Both the position numbers and the translations under genes were made by a program. The notes beneath the pieces are model-generated. The model did no database searches, was not told the origin of the DNA, and saw nothing but the letters and a program-made list of their open reading frames with translations. 64,000 bases of DNA. Origin: Klebsormidium nitens (Eukaryota > Plantae > Klebsormidiophyceae). Positions 44,572 through 55,477 of the stretch are shown piece by piece. The stretch spans positions 100-64,099 of the forward strand of contig DF237476.1 in NCBI GenBank assembly GCA_000708835.1, written 5' to 3'. Positions within the stretch are counted from its first letter, which is position 1; the number at the start of each line of letters is the position of its first letter.

Positions 44572-45678
44572 CGATGCAAGTTTACTGCCACCAAGGAGCG
44601 CCTTCTGGTAGTACGGTTTACCCTCGAGTACATATTGCAAGAGCGCGGATCTTAAGGAACGACAATGCGAGAGCGCAGGCCGGATCAGATATCACAGAGA
44701 TTTTGGCAAACGGGCAGAGAAGCTCGTCAGGGGCGGCACCGACGCAAGCGTTCCAAGCTGTACATTGAACAATGTTCTGCGCAGCAGAAGTCCATGCATT
44801 CAACCCCACAAGCAACCTATGGTGGGTATCGGCGGTCTCGATCGCGCGACGATCCGGTCACAAATTTGAATCACCGGTGTGTCGCGTCGCGACAATTACT
44901 GTACGCGGTACTGACGACCGTGCAGACCGGTACTTGAGAATCCGGTCCGAGTTCATAAATTAGAATCTGTCTGACATTCCGATCGTCAGAAACTTCCGGA
45001 GTTTCCGGCGGTACGGTACCGATCAAGTCTGACCGTACGTGAAATTTGAAAATCATGGTTTCGATCGGAAGTTCCGACTCGAACCACCCTAGAGTACCGC
45101 GGTACCTAACTTGAAAGGAGAGTGCAGAAGATGGAAACGGGAGTGTAGGGAATGGCGCTTTTTAGAAGCAAGCAATGGCGGCCAACTTTGCAGCCACGAT
45201 GGTGCTTCTTCCGATTTGTCCTCAACATAACAAGATGTTGGAGCTTCGAAGGAGCCTTCATGACGCTCTCCCAACATTTTTTTCTGCTTGTCAGAGGTTT
45301 TTATAAGCTGCATATGGCTCTTCTTTGCGTGCCAATTTGATGCTCCTCTCAAAGTGTAAAACCTGACACTGTCTAAGAATCTCCTCACACTTACTTACGG
45401 CCCGGCAAAATTTTTCTGAGTATTTGTACCGCCCGAGTAACATAAACCTGAGTAGCCGTGACGCGAACCGCCGGTAACACTGACGATATTCGATACGCGC
45501 TAAATCGATTTTGTGGCGGCCGGAGTCGGAATCGACTCGGCCGGTACCCACCATAGGTAGCTTGTGCCTAAGGTTTCTCGATATATCCACGATTATTCCA
45601 TGTACTCCGGGCAGCAGCAACTGACAAAAGAGAGAGACTTTTGGAGAAAGTCCAGTTTGACAGAGCGCAATGGACGTG

Positions 45679-45727
45679 CCTCTTCTAAGGGACGCTAAGT
45701 CAATCCTCTTCTAAGGGACGCTAAGTC
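45679..45727 (+). repeat. Tandem duplication, 23-bp unit, 26-bp period
   Basis: cctcttctaagggacgctaagtc at 45679-45701 and 45705-45727. Confidence 0.95.
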
Positions 45728-46990
45728 GATCAATTGGTCCCATCCGGCGTTCAAATGGATGCATGATTGGATCACTTCGGAATAAAAGTTCTTCTTATTT
45801 TGATCATCATCCGTGTTGAGTTCGCATCATTGGCAGATCGACATGCATGCATGTTTACGATCTGATAAAATGGTTACTCGAGTCAATTAAGTTATTATGA
45901 TAGTGACTTGGGCCCGTACAGGGAGATCCGGCATATGCATACAGCATGAAATGAGCGCCGCCCGCGTGGGAATGCTAGCTGCGGCCTGCATGGCGGCAGC
46001 GGCTCGAGCCCTTCAGCTAATTACTCTCAGTCTGGCCACCCCATCAGTGTGAGATATGTATTGAGTGGAATCCATATGCATATGCTCAGGCTGCACGCCA
46101 CGCGTTAAGCATTAGTATGTACTCTATATGTATACTAGGAATTCAATTGGTATAAAGGACATATTGGAGGAGCCCAGTTTTTGAGTTAAATCGGGCTTTC
46201 AATCAAATATTGAAAGCCGAATAACAGAGTCATGTGCATGAGGACAAGACGGTTGGACTTGATCAAAGTAATGCCGTTAAGTTCGCACTTATAAGCTAAA
46301 AGTTCAGCTTGAGATCTCCATATGGCCTACAGAGTATAGAACTCACTACCGTCGCTATACAAGACTTAGTAGATGGATGCATGTTTCCTGGCTGCGAAGC
46401 AGTGGCTTTCGGAGAACACACGCAAAGTTGGCCATCGACTTCAGAGGCACGGTCGGCTTGCCAAGGCACTTGCTCTAGTCGATATCATCGGGAGTTACTG
46501 TGCCTTCGGACGAGTCAAACAATGCGGACCATGCATATTCGTCAAGTATGCGGTAGTAACTCGAGACGCCCCAGGAAATGAGACTCGTAGGATTCAGTAA
46601 GAAATAAAGCGTGTCAATGTTCCTTATTCGGCAAGCAGATCCGTGCCTTGAATCGTTTCTATATTTGGGACCTGTCGCCTAAGCTTGTTCGCCCCCCCGT
46701 TATTACCAGAGCAAAAGTAAAGCACCCCTCTTGGTTGTCAAAGTCGATTCCTGTTGTAACAATGTACGCCGATCCCCCCTTGTGTCGGCCGTTTCTTCGT
46801 TGAACAAAACACAGGATGGCAACCCAAAGCTTCGCTTCACCTCCGAAAGGTTGACCATAGTACAGCCTATTGAACCTCCTGGCTACCAAATGTATTCATT
46901 CCATGCTCACCAAACCTCCTTCCAATCCTCTCTGACCTTCCAATTCTGTCCCACAAGAATCCACAACAATTGATCGAGCTCACCGTTGCA

Positions 46991-49591
46991 TCACAACCCA
47001 ACATTCTTCTGCGTCTTCTGGATCTGGTTGAGGAAGAGCCAGGTGAACTGCAGAAAACCAAGAATTGTCGCGTCAGACGACAGCAACAGCAATCAGCAAA
47101 AACCAGAGACTCACTATAAGCAATTAATGCAGCATACACTGGTGCCAGACTCACAAAACACAATTGCGCTTGGTACTTTTACAGGCGATGCAAAGATGAG
47201 ACTCGGACAGTAGGCGATTGGGTCCTTTTGGGACATTCAAGCCTTTGCCATGACAGGATCGACTTCTTTCTTCCCAGAACATATGAGCCTTCTGCATCAA
47301 TGTTTCCAAGCCAGTAACACCACACTCACCATCACATGCGGCGCTATCCGCACAACGTAGGTGGGGAACCCAGAGTACAACTTCAGAGGACCATATTGCC
47401 GAATCGTCTTGACGGCACAGTCCAACGAACCCGCAAAGGGCAGCTTCCCGTCAGGCCCTGGCTGCTGCTTCTGGATCTGGGTCTTCACGTAGTCGAAGGG
47501 CAGACTGCAGGCGGCGGCAAAGAAGCCGGAGATGGCGCTGGCACCTGCAAACAGGCAGGTTCCAGATGGCTTATCCACATGGTAAGACCTCCTTCTTAGC
47601 TGCTTTTCCCCCTGGCTGCCAGAGCTGGCTGCTTTTAGGATGTTGTATACAGAAGTTGTTGACAGAATCGCTATCCCACCAGTTGAAATCGTCTGAGTCT
47701 GCCTACACTCCCGCCTTCCCTACAAATGCTACACGTTTCCCGATACAGCATGATACCCACCGCCGTAAGATGGAGTGCCGGACTCTCTTGCCAATAACAA
47801 AGATTTCACCAACTTATATGCCACCGACTTGTCACTTGTCCCGCAGACTGAAGGATGACCGTTTTTTCATTGGGGGTAAACTCCGCCTATCTTCTGGATA
47901 TCTGTTTTAACCATTTCGTGAAGAGAACAGCGAGCCCCAAAACAACAAAGCCCTCTCAAGGTCAAGATCCAAGCGGTCAACTCCGGCATGCGCACCTTTA
48001 TCTGAGAGAAGCTGCAGCAGAGAGGATGGTGGCTCACCCAAGACGGTTTGAATTTCAGACAAGCCTTGGCTTTTGAGACTCTCAGCGGCTTGATCGTATG
48101 AAGCGAGCATCCCCATGTTGAGTGCCATGGCCCTGACGACGGTCGGCCCGGCTCCCCTCCAAAGAGCCAACACCCCTTCGTCCTTTGTGATCCTCGATAG
48201 GGCATGGAAGGCATTCTTGTAGTTTCTCCGTTGCTCAAGAGGAAGAGTGGAATCGGCTTGCATCCGAATAAGAGCGAGATCGGCGGGGCTTCCGACACAT
48301 GCCCCGATGGCACCAGCGCTCAGCCCGCACAGCGCCTTCTGATACAGAGGGAGGGGCTTGCCGTCGTTTGCAGCCTGGGCTTTTGTGGTCAGAATCCTGC
48401 AACCGAACAGCGCCTCCATCAGCACAAACCCTCCTGAATGCAGCTGCTCAAGCAGAAGACTCTACATGTGATGAAGTCCTGTCAACGGGACAAAGTCAGA
48501 GTCTACTCATACAGCCAACTATCCAACAATGCGATTGAAGCAGTGTCGGGTGCCCGGAGAAAACAGCTGACACAGATTCATACCTGAATGATCCAAGCCT
48601 GGCGGTCGTATAGGTGGCCTGTCTGAGAAGTCCGGCAGAGAGACCCTGCAAATAGCACCAAGAAAACCTTCATGATTGGAGGGAAAGGACAATCTGCAGT
48701 CTACTCGTCCACTTTTGTGATGCCCGATGTTTAGCGCAATTCTCATTTGCAACAAATGCAACTTTTTGAACTGGACTTGCATGCACTCGTCAATAAGCAT
48801 TTTGGAGTGGCGCTGGCAGCCATCCGTACCTTGTACATGGCTCCAAATCCTTCCTTAGCAATAATACTTTTCGCCACTTGAACAGGGCCTCCTCCATCCA
48901 ACTGAATCCGGACCTGTCCACACATGTCAAGCAAGCAATGCACAGTGAGCACTGATTTGCTCTTATTCAAGTTTTCTTGTCAATCAATCACCTTGTAGAA
49001 ATAACCAAACCCTTCTTTGGCCATGATCTCCTTCGCTACACCAATGGGGCCTCCACCGGTGAGTTGAATTCGCACCTGCAAAGAGCCAGGTTCAAACACC
49101 ATAGATAGTCAGGGGACGTAATGGCATAAATGAGCTTTCTTGACGAGATACCGAGTGCAAATTCTGGAGGCAGAGCCGGAAACTCATCCAGATGATCGTC
49201 ATCCTAATGTGAACAATCTGCAATTTTGAGATCTGTGCACCATAATGTGATGAGAAAATTGGATTACGTTGCGTTTAAGTTACAAGACCAACAAGATGAA
49301 AGCAATCGACCTGGGCATCCATCACTTGCGGGGGGAATGTCGAGTAGGCATTTCTGAGATCCAGGAAGAAGGCCGTCTGAGCAAGTGCTCATATCAACTC
49401 TGCTACAAGAACGGTCAGATCTCTAGCAACTTGGATCATTACCAGCAAGACAAAGGAACACGTACCTTGACCATGTCAATTGGCTGAATGACACATGTGG
49501 CTGCCATCCCTGACAAGCCTCCATTGAGAAACGGCTTCACTGTTGTCCAAAGAGGTGACAATGCTGGTTTCGGTTTGCTGTCTGTAGCCAT
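46991..49591 (-). CDS. DTC: Mitochondrial dicarboxylate/tricarboxylate carrier, ~300 aa, with duplicated alternative exon 2
   Basis: Exons: 49466-49591, [48992-49075 or 48830-48913], 48584-48645, 48038-48396, 47330-47544, 46991-47047 (903 nt with one exon 2). Three carrier signatures: PIDMVKVR, PADLALIR, PFDYVKTQ. Also 'GLSAGLLRQATYTTARLG', 'RAMALNMGMLA', 'RIAPHVM'. Confidence 0.96.
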
Positions 49592-50450
49592 TGCACTTCA
49601 ATGTAACGCTGATCTTAGAGATTCACCTGAATTGCTCAAGCGAAAGCAAGAGGGCACAAACTTCTTCTACGGTATACACTACCAAATCAGGAATCCTTTG
49701 CCGAATGTGTGCACACTGCGGATCTTAGACTTCCGGAACAGATGTCGTCTCTGAGACCCCGCCAAAAGCACAAGAGGAAGAGGAAAGAATGGAAGCATTG
49801 ATTGAGAATGCCCGCATGATGATGCTGCTGCTCGAGTTAGCGTGGGTAGGAGCCAGATCTAGCTTTGCGTGACAGAAGTCGCCAGTACGCCGCGCGCCAA
49901 AACGGCGAGCCACATTCTCGGCCGACACCCGAGTTCGAGTCAAGCCAGCTGGTCCTAAAATCCACACTGTGTCTATCCAACGGTGCACAACGAATCCGAC
50001 GGCTCAAATTGCAAGGCGGCGAACGTTCTCTGCTGCTACAGTGGCCCGAAGGGTGGCGACGCCAAACACTCCTTCTGGGCTAGCATGTTTTAGGGTTTGC
50101 ACTCCGTCTTGCTTCTTCAGAATCCGCGCTAGCTCTACGATCAGGCTGCTGGATGTGGAGGCCCGCCTGCTACGGTATATTGCATTGATATTGATCCTGC
50201 GCAGAAAAGACTATTAAGGATCTCAGAAGCAGCAGCTCTTGATCAGAAGTCTTGACTGCTGAAAGAGGGGGCCAGCGCACATTGGGGACGCCTCGCTTGC
50301 TTGATCTTGACGAGCGCCAATTGAAAGAAAGATTGCAACAGTAATTCTGCAAGACTACCCAATCGCAATCTGCATCACATCCTTTTCGCTCTGTGCGCAC
50401 AATTAATATTATAGTGCAGGAGTACGTTGCCTGGTTCTTAAGCGCGGAGA

Positions 50451-52987
50451 ATGGCTACCATAGATATCATCACAAGAGTTGATGCGCTGTGTAAAAAGTA
50501 TGAGAAATATGACGTTGATAAGCACAAGCAGGAAGCCATGTCCAGCAGCGACAACTACGTGCGGTTGTTCTCTCAGATAGAGTCGGATCTGGAGGTGGCT
50601 ATGCAGGTGAGCGCATTGCAGGCGGGCGGTCCTCCTCCGGAGGCCCCTTCGGTTTAGCCAGGGCAGATCTGCAGCAAACCGCAGTAGGCACCAATCGATT
50701 CTGCAGTTTGTGCAATTGTTCCAATATGTCTTACAGATGATGCTGTGCCTGTGGACTCTTCTCACGCCCTTCCGATTTGTGGGGTTTTCTACTGCAGAAA
50801 GCTAATGATGCATCAATTGAGAAGAACCGGGCAATTGTCGCGACTCTGAATGCGGAAGTGAGGCGGCAAAAGACGGCACTGAAGGTGGAGCTGCCCAAGC
50901 TTGAAAAGCTGGCGTACAAGAAGGTGAAGCATCAGCGGTACTCCTGCACGCACTTTCGCAGCTTCTGGGGCGAAAAGTTGGCGGCCTCAGAGGCAACAGG
51001 GTCCTTCTTGCTCACTTTGGTGACTTTACATGTGAAGAAGCAGGCCGCGTCAGCATCACGACGGTCCGCATGATGCCTGAAGCTCTGCTTGCCATCCCCC
51101 TGCTTGACGTGTGTCCTCCAGTCTCTGAGCGGCCCAATTGACAGGAAGCATGGTTTCAAAACTTTGGGTCTGTGCTCTTCTGCAGGTGAAGGGGGTACCG
51201 AAGGAGGAGCTCGCCCAGCGGCCAGAACAAGTCAAAGCTCTGGCTGCAAAAATAGACGCAGTGCCTGATGGTGTGACGATCAACAACCGCCGTGCCCAGA
51301 AGGGGCCTGGAAGCATCAGGGAGATCAAAATTGACGCAATCAATCCAGGCAAGGACATGCCCAGCCTGGTAGCTGTTTCAGCTTGAGATTGTGTGAGAGA
51401 TGATCAGTTTTGTGTCCAGCCTCGGCAAGTTTAGTAAACGAGATTCTCTGATCTTGTTTGCTCCTACTGGAAGAAGGGCATTTAGAGAGAAGTAGATGTT
51501 TGGTGGGAAACGAGTTCCAAAGCGGCAAAATTGAGCTGCTCGTCTTCTTTTCTGCAGAGGACATCATGTTGAACCCCGAGCAGTACCAGCATTCAGAAGA
51601 GTCACGGGGGTTCCGGCAAGAGTTTGAGATGAGAAAAATGAAGCAGGTGAGTTGGCCACACCGATTGTCCAGGTTGGGGCCTCTTTTGCTTGACTAGTTG
51701 AATGGTTCAGTGTCTACAGACGAGTACTTCTGCCATTGGTCTCATAAACTACTGGCTGTGCTGCAGGATGAGGGCCTTGACGTCATCTCGTCAGGACTTG
51801 CAACATTAAAGAACATGGCGGAGGACATCAATGAGGCAAGCTGAACACCCCTCGTCCTAACACTAAAAGGAGACTGCTTGTTGTCAACCCGCACTCCCTC
51901 CAGCTTGTGAATTGCTGAACTGCTCAGGTCTTTCCTCTTGAGCAGAATTTTGATGGCCGTTCAAATTGGTAACATAGTGCGCATCTGGCACTGGTGCTCA
52001 GCAGTTCTCGGCCCTTGAATTCATGGTGGGCCTGTCCCTGTTGTCCTTCTGCTGGCTGCTCACATCCTTTGTTGTATGCTCCTCAGGAGCTTGACAGGCA
52101 AGCTCCCTTGGTGGACGAAATCGAGACGAAGGTAGGAACCAATCTTGCTCTGAGGACGCGAAGCTGTTTGACCACTGCTAATCTGGATCTCTGGTCCGGT
52201 TCTTTAACGAGCGTGTCATACATGGCTAGTCGGCTCATGTCGCCTTTGGGCTAGAGATAGAAAGAGGCACACCGTTCATGGGTGCCGTTGCTGAGCTCGA
52301 CGCCTTGTGTGACTTCTCATCATGGTGCAGGTTGACAAAGCCAACGCGGATCTCCGAAACACCAACAAGAGACTGAAAGAGACGGTTTTAAAGGTAGGCC
52401 GTTCTTGTCACTTGCTCTCTAGTCAATTCTGAAGCTCGTCCGAAGCGCCAACAGTACTGTCTGATATTCAATACAAACTCGGACAAACTCTTGCGGTGTT
52501 GTTTTCCTGCCGCTCATCGTATGCACATTGCACATGTACTTGTCTGGCGGGGATTCGCCCTGTATAGGGCACTTCAGGTTCCTCCTGGCAAGGATCGAAC
52601 GCTGTGTTCCAAGAGCACTCGCTTGAAAGGTTGCTTTCCTGCTAACACAATCCCTTTCTTAAGTTCTCTGCCTCTCTTTCCAGATGCGGACAACAAGGAA
52701 CTTCTGCATCGATATCATTCTGATGTGCATTGTTTTGGGCATCATCGGCTATATCTACAAGTAAGTATGTCGATCTTGTGGTCGACCTTCGTAACTTCAT
52801 TCATCTGAACCCTTGTTACCGTTCATTGCTTCAATAGTGTAGGAAGTTCGGACTGGTTTCTACACTTCCCTTTCTTAATCTTGGTCCACTCAAGAGCTGG
52901 CGCTATGCAACCTCCTGAGAATCATGGGTATGGCTACAGACTGACTAACAAACCTTGTTTGAATCTCCTTGCAGCCAAGTGCGTTGA
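50451..52987 (+). CDS. SYP71: Plant Qc-SNARE syntaxin SYP7 family, 9 exons, ~266 aa
   Basis: Exons: 50451-50606, 50798-50923, 51186-51348, 51558-51646, 51767-51835, 52087-52131, 52331-52393, 52684-52760, 52975-52987 (801 nt; two GC donors). Motifs: 'DIITRVDALCKKYEKYD', 'LNAEVRRQK', 'FRQEFEMRKMKQDEGLDVIS', 'ELDRQAPLVDEI', and C-terminal TM 'NFCIDIILMCIVLGIIGYIY'. Confidence 0.95.
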
Positions 52988-54571
52988 CTTGTTGAGGCTT
53001 GTATCTACTGCGCACGTGACCTAGGTCCACCGGACACTTGCAATCTGACGCAAATGTATTCTGGGTCACTCCGTAAACCGCTTGTATCTTGAACTGTATT
53101 CTTTGAAGCAGCCTAAGCTATGCAAGGGACCTTTTCCGAGTTTAAAACATACTTGCAAACACTCCCGCAAATGGGCTCAAGTTGAGGCAAAATGATCGCA
53201 CAATCTGATTGTTTAATGGGTCAGCCATCAGCCTGAACTTATTAATCGTGGCCTTCAATTGATGTAGCCGGCCATTTGATTGAGGTCGCTTCTCAGGATA
53301 TGGGCATCATGCAACACAGGACCGTCAATTTTAACAGTGCATGACGATGCCAATTCAGATCGATAATTGCTAAGGATCAATGCGCATATGTAAAGTGTAC
53401 ACCTGCATGCAGTAGCTGCGTTGGACCATGCACTCAGGCGCTAGCATTTTCGATCGGAGTGTATGAAACCATATCATGTTTAGTATGTGCGCAAGGCTAT
53501 ATGTATCCAATACTAAAGCGTATATTCACTATAGCACATGATATATCATGACCGTATTCACATGTTCACTTACATTCGACATCCCTAGATGGAAGTTGAA
53601 GGCGGCAAGTATGCCAGCTCCACGAACACCTGCGGCGTGGCAAGCCATTTGTTCTCCAACATCGTGAACATGCCCATGCGTACAACTGTTTTGATCGCAG
53701 TATTCAGCAACATCAAGGAAAATGAGTGAGTTACGACTGCGCGGCCACACAGATCGAGGGGAAACTGGCAAGTCGAGTAACAAAGACCACCTCTCGCTCT
53801 CGGGCACTCTTTGTAACCCCCTTCCGGTTGCCTTGGCTGGTCCATCTGCAAAAATCAATAGGCAGTCACGGTCATCATAGACTGAGTTGCCTTTCAAGGA
53901 GCGGACTTGCGACAGGTCAATCGTCTTCCGCAACTGTTACCAAGGTTGAAAGAAGAAGTTCCAGACAACATCGAAAAGCTTTCTCATGCTGATGCCCAGT
54001 TGTGCACCAAACAATTTGTCGCTGGGACATGTCAAGCGATTCACTAGGAAACAAAAAGACTTCCGTTTGAGTTGGCCCAGCTAGGCCATGAGGCAACTTA
54101 TGTTCGCAATGATACATCCTCTGCAGCGTCCTCTGGTACACTACCTATTCTATTACAATCTCCTGGGTCATTTGAGACTCCTCCTTAAAGCAGCTCACAT
54201 CGTACTAGGGACATCCAGCTGCCAGCAACGAAAATGACCAACTAACTTTGTCCCAATTCTTGACTGGTGGTAGACTCCCATTTCCAACCTACACTGCTAC
54301 AGTGGTCGGTGATCAATTCAAAGTCTTAGCAAGCCCGGCCGTACTTGGCCTGACACAGGTGTCAGTGTTGGCATGAGCAGCATTTTGTTGGACTACGTGA
54401 AAGCACAGATTCTGAGCCGGTGTGCTACTTTGATTTATTTTGGGTGGCTGATCTGCCTTGACCTCCATATCAAGGCAGTGGCGCCCACCCTTTGTGAACC
54501 AGCCAGGCCTTGCAAGCTAGAGCTTGCAAGCTCTCAGCGTCACCAGTCCCAACAGTCTAGGTCAAATGCTG

Positions 54572-54784
54572 TCACTTCTTTCCAGGCGCTCCCTTCCCAC
54601 ACGCCCTTTGGAACGCCTGGATTTCTTTTGCGCACATTGCCCCATCGTTGTTGTTCCTCTCCAAGCAAGCCTTCAAAGCTTCCACGTCACAAGGTGACAG
54701 CCCAGCGGCGCCGCTGTCAACCAACGCTCCAGCATGCGAAGCCTCACCTCCTGCGCCAGCCTCGCTTCGATTCAACCTATCCAT
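54572..54784 (-). CDS. Small CHCH/Cox19-like four-cysteine protein, 70 aa
   Basis: 'CDVEALKACLERNNNDGAMCAKEIQAFQRAC' (Cx7C-x10-Cx10C) resembles small plant CHCH-like proteins. A CAG acceptor 2 nt before the ATG suggests a 5'UTR intron. Confidence 0.75.
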   Translation of the reverse strand: MDRLNRSEAGAGGEASHAGALVDSGAAGLSPCDVEALKACLERNNNDGAMCAKEIQAFQRACGKGAPGKK

Positions 54785-55477
54785 GTCTGCTGAACATAAC
54801 CCCAGCCGCCTTCATGAGCTCCATGCGGAGCAAACTGTGGTTTTGTGAACGTAGCCAGAGCTGAGTAAACCAACGCCAATACTGGCAATAGCAATAAAAC
54901 AGGCAACATGGATCCTAGTTTTGTGCTGGCAGACGGCCTCACACGACCGAGAATATATGGTAAATAGACAAGAGAATTTCAGGAGCTCATAAGAATGCGG
55001 CTCTTGCACGAGGTTGAGGCAAATATTGTAAGTAACATTACGCTTTGTTTTATATCACAATTGCAGATTATAAGCGTGCGACTATACAGTCAGTATATCC
55101 CAATATGTTTTTTAAGCTGCATTGCATGTAAATCAGATCTTTAATATCATGGACGCAGGCTCAACAAGGTTAAAGCTGCAAATTGCAATGCCAGCTCGCG
55201 AGTGCCTGCCATTGCTGTGCTCCAGATCGACGAGGTTTATTCAAACACATTAAACTTATCTCCTGCTTTAGCACCTTCTGAAGATTCATCATCTCTCTCT
55301 GCTTCTACACGCCCCATTAGCTACTCGCGAGCTGCATTGTGAAAGAAGCGCATGCCAGTTGTCATAGGTAACAAACTCTCAAGCGCCAGCTCACGCTCTC
55401 GACAAGCCTTAAACATTGAGCTGCTGCATCAAAGGACTGCTGGCGTGAGGGAAGGCACAATCCATTGCTCCGTCCCA

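Noticed and set aside
45679-45727. Possible CRISPR-like repeat
   Set aside because: Only two copies separated by 3 nt, with no spacers or cas genes, in a eukaryotic context.
48830-49075. Exon 2b as an assembly duplication
   Set aside because: The two exons differ at 7 of 28 aa and at many synonymous sites, and their flanks are unrelated, so a mis-assembly is unlikely.
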